Shown piece by piece: positions 17,406-26,385 of a stretch of DNA of 43,296 bases. The stretch lies in the IMG/VR virus record IMGVR_UViG_3300045988_135711; one strand, 5' to 3'. The position numbers and the translations under genes were made by a program. Position 1 is the first letter of the stretch, and each line of letters opens with the position of its first letter. This stretch comes from a virus. The notes under the pieces were generated by a model. That model saw only the letters and a program-made list of their open reading frames with translations. It did not search any database and was not told where the DNA came from.

Positions 17406-19540
17406 GTAAAATATTCGTAGAAATTAAAGGTTCAGACAAAGTAGGATATTTGAAAGATTGGTTAGTAGCCCCAAAAGTCAAAAGAAGAGGAACTCAATTA
17501 GAATTTGAAGGTGTGTATCGTGCTGATGGCGTGAATGCACACCTTCTTTATAAAGGGAATATCATTCACAGCGATGCTGATGCAAGAAATAAAGAACAGC
17601 AATTCGATATTATTCGTACAGTTTTCGTTGATGATACAAGGATTGAAGTTTATGGAGTACACGTAGCGCATCGGTTAAAGTATTTAAGTTTGCTTCCTAA
17701 TGTTACAGCAGAAGGGCCAGGATACCATTTACTTCGAACGTGGCTTGACAGCATTGTAGGTCGTAACAAATTCAATATGTGGAGCGATATTACAGAAACT
17801 GCAAAAATCGAATGGAGTTTAGATAAAATATCAAACGCTAGAGAAGCGCTTTACGGTCACGAATTGTCTCTAGCAACGGTACTTAAAGCTGATGTAGGAT
17901 TTGATAATTACGAAATTAAATTATCAAAAAATTTAGGCAAGCGTAGTAATGTCGTGTTGAGTTACGGAAAAAATATAACTGAATTCAGACAAGATGATAA
18001 TGATGAAGATGTTTTCACTAGTGTATATCCTTATATGATTCATGAAAAGAAAGTGTATACACTAGATGAAAACGAAAGAGTTGTTGATAGTCCTTATTCT
18101 AATAATTTTTTATTTGCTCGTGTTCTTCCTGTGGATTTTACAAGCGAGTTCAAAGAAGATGAATTCGATGGTGGAGATGCAGGGGAAAATGAAGCGGAAG
18201 GAATTGGAGAAGGGGAAGTTGAAGAAAAATACACTGCTAGTGGTGGTTCTTGGAAAAGAAACAGTACAGGCTGGTGGTATGAATACCCTAACAAGAAGTA
18301 TCTAAAAAATTGTTGGAAATATATTGATAACGAATGGTATCGATTTAAAAAGAGTGGATACATTTATCAAAACGCATGGTTTAGAGATAAACACGGAAAC
18401 CGATATTACTTTAAAGATTCTGGAGCGATGGTAACTGGATGGTACAAAGTTAAGAAGAAATGGAAGTATTTCTTATGGTGGGGCGGATTAGATAAAGATA
18501 GAAAGAAACCTTACGAATTAGATAAAGCAAAACTTAGACAGTTAGCAGAGAAATATATTCGTGATCATAACATCGGATTCCCAAAAGTAAACGTAACTGT
18601 TTCTTTTGTAGATTTAATGGCTGAAAACCCGAATTTCAATGGAGATATCGCGGTTTATGATGAAGTGAAAATCAAGTTCCCTAATCTAAATAACGCAGTA
18701 AGTAAAGCAAGAGTTATCGGAACAGTATGGTTACCGTTATCCGATACTTACGAAAGCATTACTGTAGGTAATGAAGAATCCACATTAACTCAATCGATAA
18801 CCAGTCGAGTTGAAAACAAACTAAGTAAAGTAGAAGCACAATTGGCTGAACAAGCTAGTGCGATTAAAGAAAATGAAAAGTTGTTATTCAGTGAAAGTGA
18901 TGGAGAAACAAACGTCACTTACACTACAGCCACACTTGATGAAGAAAGCCCGTTAGGATTCCAAAAAGATGATTTATTACTAAAAGATAATAAATTGCAG
19001 CGGTGGACTGGTACTGAATGGAAAGATGTAGAAACGAAATCGGATGTAGATGTTTCACACATTGCTATGGGAATGACTGATTTAAAAACACAAATGAAAG
19101 TGTTGAAGCAAGAACAAGATGCAAAAGCAAGTCTTTCTGTCGTATCCGAATTGAAACGTGCTTATGACGCGTATGTAGATAAGGAAACTAAGGATAAAGC
19201 GAAAGCAGAATCAGACCTCATCGAAATGTGGAAGCGTGTCGAACAAATCAAACATGATTTAGGGAACATGGCTGTAACTTATAAATTTATAGACCAAAAC
19301 GTTCGTTTAGCAAACGAAGGGATTTCAGTAGGGAATCCATCTGGAGATTGTTACTTATTAATTGCTAATAATCGTATGTCAATGTTCAGCGCAGGTCAAG
19401 AAGTTATGTATGTATCGCAAGGTATGCTTCATATTGATAACGGGGTATTTACTAAGACGTTACAAATTGGTAATTACATCGAAAGTCCATTAGAAAGCAA
19501 TCCGAATATTAATGTTGTTAGATTTGTAGGGAGAAGGTGA
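17402..19540 (+). CDS. tail-associated protein (Tal-like) with internal choline-binding-type (CW_binding_1-like) repeats
   Basis: 712 aa after Dit. Repeats GWWYEY...NEWYRFKKSGY...GNRYYFKDSGAMVTGWYKV lie at about 18240-18500. Confidence 0.8.
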   Translation: MSKIFVEIKGSDKVGYLKDWLVAPKVKRRGTQLEFEGVYRADGVNAHLLYKGNIIHSDADARNKEQQFDIIRTVFVDDTRIEVYGVHVAHRLKYLSLLPNVTAEGPGYHLLRTWLDSIVGRNKFNMWSDITETAKIEWSLDKISNAREALYGHELSLATVLKADVGFDNYEIKLSKNLGKRSNVVLSYGKNITEFRQDDNDEDVFTSVYPYMIHEKKVYTLDENERVVDSPYSNNFLFARVLPVDFTSEFKEDEFDGGDAGENEAEGIGEGEVEEKYTASGGSWKRNSTGWWYEYPNKKYLKNCWKYIDNEWYRFKKSGYIYQNAWFRDKHGNRYYFKDSGAMVTGWYKVKKKWKYFLWWGGLDKDRKKPYELDKAKLRQLAEKYIRDHNIGFPKVNVTVSFVDLMAENPNFNGDIAVYDEVKIKFPNLNNAVSKARVIGTVWLPLSDTYESITVGNEESTLTQSITSRVENKLSKVEAQLAEQASAIKENEKLLFSESDGETNVTYTTATLDEESPLGFQKDDLLLKDNKLQRWTGTEWKDVETKSDVDVSHIAMGMTDLKTQMKVLKQEQDAKASLSVVSELKRAYDAYVDKETKDKAKAESDLIEMWKRVEQIKHDLGNMAVTYKFIDQNVRLANEGISVGNPSGDCYLLIANNRMSMFSAGQEVMYVSQGMLHIDNGVFTKTLQIGNYIESPLESNPNINVVRFVGRR

Positions 19541-19544
19541 TTAG

Positions 19545-21524
19545 TTGCAAAGATTATATTTTAATGGGAATTGGAAAGGCTATGTAGAAATAACCACGGA
19601 ATTACTAGGTCAGAATAATGTCGATGCAACTAGTAATGTTAGGGTTACTGCCAGAATCGGACAAGACCCGCCTAACGCTATCGATTTTGGCGATGTAGGC
19701 GCTTATTTAGGGCTTTATTTAGGTGGTGTGAGTAAATACCTATATTTTGGCGAAATGCAGTTAAATGGCAATTCTAGACTTCTAGGAACGCTTGATTTCA
19801 CACTCACACACGATGAAGTAGGGAATGTGGATTCTGATTTAAAAATATGGAGTTGGAATACGGAAGGTTTATCGTGGAATGGATTAAATTGGGGTAGTTT
19901 AACTCATACAATTTCAATTTCAGTTCCACAGATTATTCGCTCTGGTATTATTGAATCAGTATCGAACATTACGTATATCGGTGAATCCGTAACAGTGAAA
20001 ATCAAAGATAATGAATCTGGATTGAAGCATCAAGTGTGGTATCGAGCTTTCGGAAGTTACTGGATAGATTTAGGTAAAAATATCGATAACGAAATCACGT
20101 TTACCACAGATAGAGAATTATATAAAAAGTCTGGAAATTCTGATGAAGGTTATTTAGATATTTCGGTAAGAACATTTAAAGACGGCAAACAATATGGAGG
20201 GGATGTTTATAAAGAGAACATCCCTATTAAAATACCCGAAGAAATCAGACCAAAAATAAGCGACATCGTATTTACTGATAATTACGCAAAAAGTAAGAAA
20301 TTGAACATACCGATTTTCTTGCAAAACTTATCAGATATTAATTACGAGGTTCAAACTGCCAGTGATTCTATAACAGAACCTAATACGTTTTATATCAGTA
20401 TTGAAGGAACAGATAGAGCATATTTCGGCAAAACTGGAAACATCGGTTCATTCCATGATACTGGGTCTGTAACATTCAGAGTTTATGCTAAAGATGTTCG
20501 TGGTCGTACTTCGAACACGATTAAAAAAACCGTACAGGTGTTGCAGTACAAATCACCTAAATTACTATTTGTCGTTCGAAGAAGTGGTGCTAGAAATGAA
20601 ACGTTAACAGTCACACGTACCGCAAAGATTGAACCGTTAATTCACAATGGAGTGCAATACAATACATTTTCGTTGAAGTTTTACACTAAACGAATTGAAG
20701 ATGAATATTTCATAGAAAATCAAGGCGGTTCATTAGAAACCAATTCCACATATCAATTATTAGAACATAGTGCGAATTTAAACGGTGCATTCCAAACTGC
20801 GAAATCATTCGTGGTTAAAGGTGTATTAAAAGATGCATTTTCAGAAGTTGAATATATCTTCACTGCTAGTACAGAAGATGTCGTTTATTCATATTCTCCA
20901 GACGGTATTGGTGTTAAAAAAATATGGGAACACGGTGCATTAGATGTCGGTGGAGATGTATGGGTAGGTGGTTACTTAGCGATTAAGAACAATCGTCACT
21001 CACTACCATTTACAGGGAATGTGGATACGTTAACGAGAGCTGGTAATTATTACGTTTTCAACTCAACTAACATTCCAGCTGCAGCAGGTTATTTAATCGT
21101 ATCCTCGCATCCAGATAACGACCAATACGCAGTTCAACATTTTACACCTTTTAATTCGTCTGTAACTCATGTTAGAAGACGTGAAAAGAATGTGTGGACA
21201 CAATGGACAAATGTGTGGACGGATGTAACGTTAGTAAACGGTTGGCGAAAATACTACGATTCGCACTATACGTTGCAATATAAAATCAATAATAACGGTT
21301 CGATAGAATTAAGAGGTTCTATAGCTGGAGGTAATAGCAAAAACGGACAAATGATTTTCAAAATTCCGACCGAAGTAAAAACAGTAAAACAATCCTATGC
21401 CCAAGCTGTTACAGGAAACTATCAACCGTGTGTAATAACGATTTATAACAATGGTACTGTCATTTGCGGTAACGGTGTTGAAAGTAGTTGGTTATGTTTT
21501 GATGGAATAACAATTTCAATTTAA
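19545..21524 (+). CDS. tail fibre / receptor-binding structural protein
   Basis: 659 aa; last large tail gene; TTG start. Confidence 0.7.
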   Translation: MQRLYFNGNWKGYVEITTELLGQNNVDATSNVRVTARIGQDPPNAIDFGDVGAYLGLYLGGVSKYLYFGEMQLNGNSRLLGTLDFTLTHDEVGNVDSDLKIWSWNTEGLSWNGLNWGSLTHTISISVPQIIRSGIIESVSNITYIGESVTVKIKDNESGLKHQVWYRAFGSYWIDLGKNIDNEITFTTDRELYKKSGNSDEGYLDISVRTFKDGKQYGGDVYKENIPIKIPEEIRPKISDIVFTDNYAKSKKLNIPIFLQNLSDINYEVQTASDSITEPNTFYISIEGTDRAYFGKTGNIGSFHDTGSVTFRVYAKDVRGRTSNTIKKTVQVLQYKSPKLLFVVRRSGARNETLTVTRTAKIEPLIHNGVQYNTFSLKFYTKRIEDEYFIENQGGSLETNSTYQLLEHSANLNGAFQTAKSFVVKGVLKDAFSEVEYIFTASTEDVVYSYSPDGIGVKKIWEHGALDVGGDVWVGGYLAIKNNRHSLPFTGNVDTLTRAGNYYVFNSTNIPAAAGYLIVSSHPDNDQYAVQHFTPFNSSVTHVRRREKNVWTQWTNVWTDVTLVNGWRKYYDSHYTLQYKINNNGSIELRGSIAGGNSKNGQMIFKIPTEVKTVKQSYAQAVTGNYQPCVITIYNNGTVICGNGVESSWLCFDGITISI

Positions 21525-21540
21525 AAACAGGAGTGATTTT

Positions 21541-21825
21541 ATGTTACTTGTAAACATGGAAAAAGTATCACAAGAAATCGAAATGGCTAACGCTCTAATG
21601 ATTAAAGAAAAAAGAGCTATCGAAGACTTAAATGGCAAGCGTGGAAGTTTAGAATCTCAATTAGAAAACGTGATGAGAGACATTAATAATCATATTACTA
21701 ATATTGCTAAATATGAAGCGGATATTCGAGATATAGAAAAAGCTAGAGAGATTGTGATGAAGATTGCAGAAAAAGATGCGGAACAAGATAAGTTAAGACG
21801 AATGGAAGGAGTTTCGCCACAATAA
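21541..21825 (+). CDS. hypothetical coiled-coil protein
   Basis: ORF with RBS aggagtg. Confidence 0.7.
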   Translation: MLLVNMEKVSQEIEMANALMIKEKRAIEDLNGKRGSLESQLENVMRDINNHITNIAKYEADIRDIEKAREIVMKIAEKDAEQDKLRRMEGVSPQ

Positions 21826-21839
21826 AATTTAGGGAGTGG

Positions 21840-22121
21840 TTGCTTATGCACCTAGACATTTACGATGTTGTTAAAATTGTTGGGTTCATTATCAGTTTAA
21901 TCGGATTCTGGAATATGATGTCTGGAAAGATTACAGCCCAAGAACAACGTCTAACCAAAGTAGAAATGGTTGGTAAGAAAAATGAAGAACAGTTAATGAG
22001 ACATCAAACAAGATTAGATAACCACGATGTAGATAATAAAATCATGTTGCGGTTAGTCGAAAAAGTAGATGCATTAAAAGAAGATATTCAAGAAATTAAA
22101 CAAAAATTAAACAAGGAGTGA
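21840..22121 (+). CDS. membrane-anchored coiled-coil protein, possible lysis accessory
   Basis: N-terminal TM segment VVKIVGFIISLIGFW followed by a coiled coil; adjacent to the holin. Confidence 0.65.
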   Translation: MLMHLDIYDVVKIVGFIISLIGFWNMMSGKITAQEQRLTKVEMVGKKNEEQLMRHQTRLDNHDVDNKIMLRLVEKVDALKEDIQEIKQKLNKE

Positions 22122-22127
22122 TTTTTT

Positions 22128-22388
22128 ATGATGATCAATTGGAAGGTACGTATTTTAAATAAAACATTTTGGGTGACTTTAGTTCCCGCTGTAGCATTAT
22201 TGTTACAAACATTCTTAGCAGTGTTTGGAATCAAGTTAGAGCTAGGTGAAACAATCGATAAATTGTTAGTATTTATCAATGCGCTATTCGCCGTATTAGT
22301 GATTGTGGGTGTGGTTAACGACCCAACAACAAGCGGTGTAAATGATAGCACACGAGCAATGACGTACGAACGTCCGAATAATCAATAG
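22128..22388 (+). CDS. holin (phi LC3 / holin_1 family-like)
   Basis: MINWKVRILNKTFWVTLVPA...NALFAVLVIVGVVNDPTTSGVNDS is a characteristic pattern. Confidence 0.85.
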   Translation: MMINWKVRILNKTFWVTLVPAVALLLQTFLAVFGIKLELGETIDKLLVFINALFAVLVIVGVVNDPTTSGVNDSTRAMTYERPNNQ

Positions 22389-22431
22389 AACAGGATTAGA
22401 TTAGAAAGGGTAAGTCCCACTAGTCAAACAT

Positions 22432-22468
22432 AGAGGTAGGTATGCATACGATGCGCCTATCTCTTTTT
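22432..22468 (+). terminator. terminator-like hairpin between holin and endolysin
   Basis: 9-bp stem agaggtagg/cctatctct with a 15-nt loop, followed by TTTTaTTT. Confidence 0.45.
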
Positions 22469-22485
22469 ATTTATAGGAGGTAAAT

Positions 22486-23367
22486 ATGTTTACATTAAGA
22501 CAAGCAATTAGTTATGTAAGAAATTTGTCAGATAACAACATCGGTGTTAACTTTGATGGCTGGTACGGTTGGCAATGTTGGGATTTAGTAGCAAAAGTAA
22601 TATATGAAGCTACTGGAAAAGTAGTTAATGGAAATGCTATTGATTTACTGGATTCTGCTAAAGCACTAGGGATTGAGGTCGTTTATGAAGCTCCCGGAGT
22701 AATTGCAAAAGCTGGAGATATATTCGTAATGTCTGTTCCGGGTTCTCCTTACGGTCATACGGGTGTAGTTATCGAGGATTCGGATGGGGTTACACTTAAA
22801 ACGATTGAACAAAACGTTGACGGAAACTGGGACTACTTAGAAGTAGGAGGACCCGCTCGTTATCGTACACGTTCGTATACTGGTATGGTTGGATATATTC
22901 GTCCAAACTATGCTACTGATTCAGAAAACGTCAAACGTCCTAGTGGTTGGATTGAAGATGAAAAGGGTTGGTGGTATAGAAACGATGACGGCTCTTATCC
23001 TAAGAATAAATGGGAAAAGATTAACGGAAGTTACTTCAGATTTAATAACAATGGATACGCTCTTGAGAATACTTGGTATAAAGATGAACAAGGGCTATGG
23101 TATTGGTTAAAGTCGGGAGGATACATGGCTGTCGGTTGGCAACAAATAAACGGAAAATGGTATTACTTTAACAATCTTGGAGAAATGCAAACAGGTTGGA
23201 TTCAATACTTCGACAAGTGGTACTATTGCACGGAATCAAACGGTGATATGGTGTCCAAGGAAGTTCGAAAAATTGGGGATAAGTTCTACTACTTCAATGA
23301 GAACGGCGAGATGTTGGAACGTGCTGCGGTCTATGTAGACGAAAACGGAGCGATTCATTTCAAATAA
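22486..23367 (+). CDS. endolysin: N-terminal CHAP amidase/peptidase plus C-terminal choline-binding-type repeats
   Basis: GWYGWQCWDLV (Cys) and GHTGVV (His). GW..WYYF-type repeats run from about 22940 to the end. Confidence 0.9.
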   Translation: MFTLRQAISYVRNLSDNNIGVNFDGWYGWQCWDLVAKVIYEATGKVVNGNAIDLLDSAKALGIEVVYEAPGVIAKAGDIFVMSVPGSPYGHTGVVIEDSDGVTLKTIEQNVDGNWDYLEVGGPARYRTRSYTGMVGYIRPNYATDSENVKRPSGWIEDEKGWWYRNDDGSYPKNKWEKINGSYFRFNNNGYALENTWYKDEQGLWYWLKSGGYMAVGWQQINGKWYYFNNLGEMQTGWIQYFDKWYYCTESNGDMVSKEVRKIGDKFYYFNENGEMLERAAVYVDENGAIHFK

Positions 23368-23381
23368 TAATAATCAAAACA

Positions 23382-23408
23382 AGCCTACCTTAATTGGTAG
23401 GCTTTTTT
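23382..23408 (+). terminator. intrinsic terminator after the endolysin
   Basis: agcctacc-ttaatt-ggtaggct followed by TTTTTT. Confidence 0.8.
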
Positions 23409-23449
23409 ATTTTGCCCTTTATGCTATAATCATTTTAAGGGGTGTTGAA

Positions 23450-23719
23450 ATGGATAATGTTTATTTATTATTAGAAATTATTGAAGACATTGAAGAATAC
23501 GGTGCAGATTATCCAGTCTATGCGATATATAAAAATGATTTAATATATGACTACTGGTATGTGGAAGAACCCGAAGTAGGGTTGGATATGGAAGGTACTA
23601 AAATTATTATGGAACACTACGAGGAATTAGATTGTATAGATAAAGATTCTGTACGTGAAATGTCATTATTAGAGTTATTGAATCGTTTGAGAGTGCAGGT
23701 GGAAGAAAAAAATAATTGA
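23450..23719 (+). CDS. hypothetical acidic protein (89 aa), moron-like
   Basis: Own extended -10 promoter TGcTATAAT (about 23421-23429), RBS aagggg, and flanking terminators. Confidence 0.7.
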   Translation: MDNVYLLLEIIEDIEEYGADYPVYAIYKNDLIYDYWYVEEPEVGLDMEGTKIIMEHYEELDCIDKDSVREMSLLELLNRLRVQVEEKNN

Positions 23720-23917
23720 GTACATTTTGAGTACGTAATAATGTAATTATGTTATTATATCAACGGTTTTCGAATCCCTCCTGAAACGTATTTTTATATC
23801 TAAACAAATCCCTATGTATCAAAAACATTGATATATAGGGATTTCTTTTGTTTACAAATCTATTCATTTTTGACCTTTTGAGTACATTTTGAGTAAAAAG
23901 AGTACAAATTGAGTACA
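23716..23917. other. candidate attP: arm-type repeats TTGAGTAC(A) flanking a core with a tRNA 3'-end-like segment
   Basis: Repeats at 23716, 23727, 23878, 23889, 23899 (degenerate) and 23909. Core candidate ttcgaatccctcctgaaacg lies at about 23769-23788. Confidence 0.5.
23806..23849. terminator. long hairpin, likely bidirectional terminator between the moron and int
   Basis: 10-bp stem aaatccctat/atagggattt followed by cTTTTgTTT. Confidence 0.6.
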
Positions 23918-23922
23918 AATCA

Positions 23923-24984
23923 TTAAAAAATATTCCGAATAACTTCGTTTTCTTCCGCTTCTTTTTCCTTTAAAATATGAGCATAAGTTTGTAGTGTAAT
24001 TGTGGGGTCAGCGTGACCTAATCGTTTACTAACTGTTAATAATTGGATACCTTTAGAAAGTAAAATACTTGCGTGAGTGTGTCTTAATGCGTGGAAGGTT
24101 ATTTTCTTATGAACACCCGCTCTAGTTAACGCTCTTGATAAAGCGTAATTCACAGAGTTATTACTCATAACTGGAAACAAACGTTCACCATTTCTGGGGA
24201 TTAGTTTTAAAATTTCTAACAACTTATCCGATACTGCAATTACACGTTTGGCATTTCTTGTTTTTCCGTCTGTAAATTCTTGCGTGAAACGATAATCAAA
24301 ACCACGATCTATTTTAATTGTTTTATTTTTGAAGTTTATACAATCCCACGTTAATCCTAAACATTCTCCAAAACGCATTCCAGTATACATAGAAAGCAGC
24401 ATAACATATCGTGTGGTATAGCTAGGTTGCAACCCTTCTAATAAAGCACGCTCTAAAGCATTAAATTCTTCATAGTTTAAATATTTAATATCTTCATTCT
24501 TTGTTAAGTGTTCTTGTCCTTTAACAACAGCTCCTTTTGTAGGGTCGTGCATGATGATTTTAGACTGGATTGCATATTCCATTGTGGCACGTACAGTTTC
24601 GTGGTATTTTTTTACTGTTCCTTTCGCTCTTGAATCAGCAAGAGTGTTTAAAAAGTTTTGGTATTTCTCTAATGTAATTTCTTTTAACGGTATATTAAAT
24701 TCATCTTTAACATATTTTATAATCGTCATATAACGAGCCTTAGTAACTTGCGTTATTGTTCCTTCTTTGAATAAGTCAAACCATTTTTTCATTAAATTTC
24801 CTAGTAATACTTTGTCTTTTTCAAACTTCTTACCAACTAGCAATTCGTTTTCTTTTAACACGGATGCATCCTTTGCTTCCGCTTTGGTTCTAAATCCGCT
24901 TTGAGATACGTATTTACGCTTTCCGTTATCGTAGTAATAAACACGGTAAGACCACGTTTTTCCTCTTTTCGTAATGCTTGCCAT
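23923..24984 (-). CDS. int: tyrosine integrase
   Basis: 353 aa. N-terminal arm-binding-like KTWSYRVYY; catalytic R...HALRHTH...Y region. Confidence 0.92.
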   Translation of the reverse strand: MASITKRGKTWSYRVYYYDNGKRKYVSQSGFRTKAEAKDASVLKENELLVGKKFEKDKVLLGNLMKKWFDLFKEGTITQVTKARYMTIIKYVKDEFNIPLKEITLEKYQNFLNTLADSRAKGTVKKYHETVRATMEYAIQSKIIMHDPTKGAVVKGQEHLTKNEDIKYLNYEEFNALERALLEGLQPSYTTRYVMLLSMYTGMRFGECLGLTWDCINFKNKTIKIDRGFDYRFTQEFTDGKTRNAKRVIAVSDKLLEILKLIPRNGERLFPVMSNNSVNYALSRALTRAGVHKKITFHALRHTHASILLSKGIQLLTVSKRLGHADPTITLQTYAHILKEKEAEENEVIRNIF

Positions 24985-24998
24985 GTTAGGATACCTCC

Positions 24999-25355
24999 TT
25001 AGTATAATTCCATAGCATCTTGTAAATAAATATCGATAAGAATAGATGCAAACATATCTGCTTCTGATTCTATCTTACTTGTATGACGATATTTCATACT
25101 CATCAAGTGTGTCGTTCGTGTATTACAATGTAACACAGCGTGACCTAATTCGTGCGCCATTGTATATAACTTGTCATTTTGCGATAAATTCTCATTAATA
25201 AAAATAAATTTAATTCTTCTAATCTTCGTGTAGTAGCCTTTAACCTCTCCCAAGTCGGCTTCTAGTAAGTTTATATCCAATTCTTTTGCAATCTTGTACG
25301 GATTGCTAGTTTCGAATTTGCGAACTAAAGATAATACTTTATTTTCAATACCCAA
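24999..25355 (-). CDS. ImmA/IrrE-family zinc metallopeptidase
   Basis: HELGHAVLH (HEXXH); paired with the XRE repressor. Confidence 0.85.
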   Translation of the reverse strand: MGIENKVLSLVRKFETSNPYKIAKELDINLLEADLGEVKGYYTKIRRIKFIFINENLSQNDKLYTMAHELGHAVLHCNTRTTHLMSMKYRHTSKIESEADMFASILIDIYLQDAMELY

Positions 25356-25370
25356 TATTTACAACTCCTA

Positions 25371-25760
25371 TCATTTCTTATATTTATTTGGTGTAAATTT
25401 ATCCTTAGCTGCCTTTCTTGCTAATTTAGCAGCAGTTTCTAATGAAAAGATAATCAATTCTCTTGTTTCTTCGGGATATTCTGCAGTTTCTTTGGAATAC
25501 ATTCCGTTATCCAATTCATTTATTAGCTTTTGTATATCTTTTTGTAGATTTTTATCTTCTTTAGAAGATACATTTTTATTAATAATATCTAGAGGGCTAA
25601 TTTGTAAAATTTGAGCATATTTCTGAATTTTATCACTGCCCATGTTGTTGATTAACCCATTTTCCCATTTTCTAACAGTGCTTTTTCCAACGCCTACAAA
25701 TTTTCCTACTTCTTCTAGTGTTAGATTCAACGATAATCTTTTTGCTTTCAAATCGAGCAT
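25371..25760 (-). CDS. XRE-family CI-like repressor
   Basis: HTH LTLEEVGKFVGVGKSTVRKWENG. The ATG at 25760 has RBS aaagggg; the track start at 25778 lacks one. Confidence 0.88.
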   Translation of the reverse strand: MLDLKAKRLSLNLTLEEVGKFVGVGKSTVRKWENGLINNMGSDKIQKYAQILQISPLDIINKNVSSKEDKNLQKDIQKLINELDNGMYSKETAEYPEETRELIIFSLETAAKLARKAAKDKFTPNKYKK

Positions 25761-25798
25761 TATAATCGCCCCTTTCATAATGAAAGAATACCATTAAA

Positions 25799-25913
25799 GT
25801 GTCGTAGAAACAACTAAATTTACTCAAATGATAAAAAAAGTTTCAAAAAAGACACATCTTCTTGTTGACATCATTTTTTATCTGTGTTAGTATGAATGTG
25901 TCCTAAATGACAC
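25799..25913. promoter_or_regulatory. genetic switch region: rightward promoter TTGACA (25865-25870)-17-TAGTAT (25888-25893) and operators GTGTC-N6-GACAC
   Basis: Perfect operator at 25898-25913. Degenerate copies at 25840-25855 and 25799-25814. A fourth perfect copy lies at 26158-26173. Confidence 0.65.
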
Positions 25914-25935
25914 AACGAGAAACGAGGTGAAGTAA

Positions 25936-26157
25936 ATGAACTATAACTTGCTGAAAGCTAAAATTGTTGAAAGGGGGCTAAAGGTAGAAGATTTTATTGA
26001 TGAGATGAACGAGAATATTAACGGAACGTTCACTAAAACGGTTTATCATAGTCGAATGGCTGGTAAAGTTTCTTTCCGTCGGGAGGAAATAGTTGCTTGT
26101 AAAAAAATCCTAGATTTATCAGACGATGAAATTATGGATATTTTTTTTGAAGATTAA
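25936..26157 (+). CDS. Cro-like early regulator (DUF739-like)
   Basis: Divergent from cI; the pattern L.AKIVERG....F...M.......K...K..F...EI......L. resembles the phage DUF739 family. Confidence 0.7.
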   Translation: MNYNLLKAKIVERGLKVEDFIDEMNENINGTFTKTVYHSRMAGKVSFRREEIVACKKILDLSDDEIMDIFFED

Positions 26158-26190
26158 GTGTCCAAAAAGACACAGAAAGAGGTAAAAATC

Positions 26191-26385
26191 ATGGGTAAAA
26201 ATAAAAAAGCACCTAACTCTTTCGAATTAGATGCTGAAGTGGATGATTTATTCAGAGAAAAAGTCAATAAAGTTTTGAAAGAAAATCATCCAGTGAAAAT
26301 AGATATTGATACTATGGTTTCAATTTTTGGGACAACCAATGATGGTATCGTTCAATCAATGAAAGTGAACAAGAGTAAGAAATAG
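26191..26385 (+). CDS. hypothetical protein (64 aa)
   Basis: The ATG at 26191 has RBS aaagagg 8 nt upstream; the track start GTG 26158 lies inside an operator. Confidence 0.6.
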   Translation: MGKNKKAPNSFELDAEVDDLFREKVNKVLKENHPVKIDIDTMVSIFGTTNDGIVQSMKVNKSKK

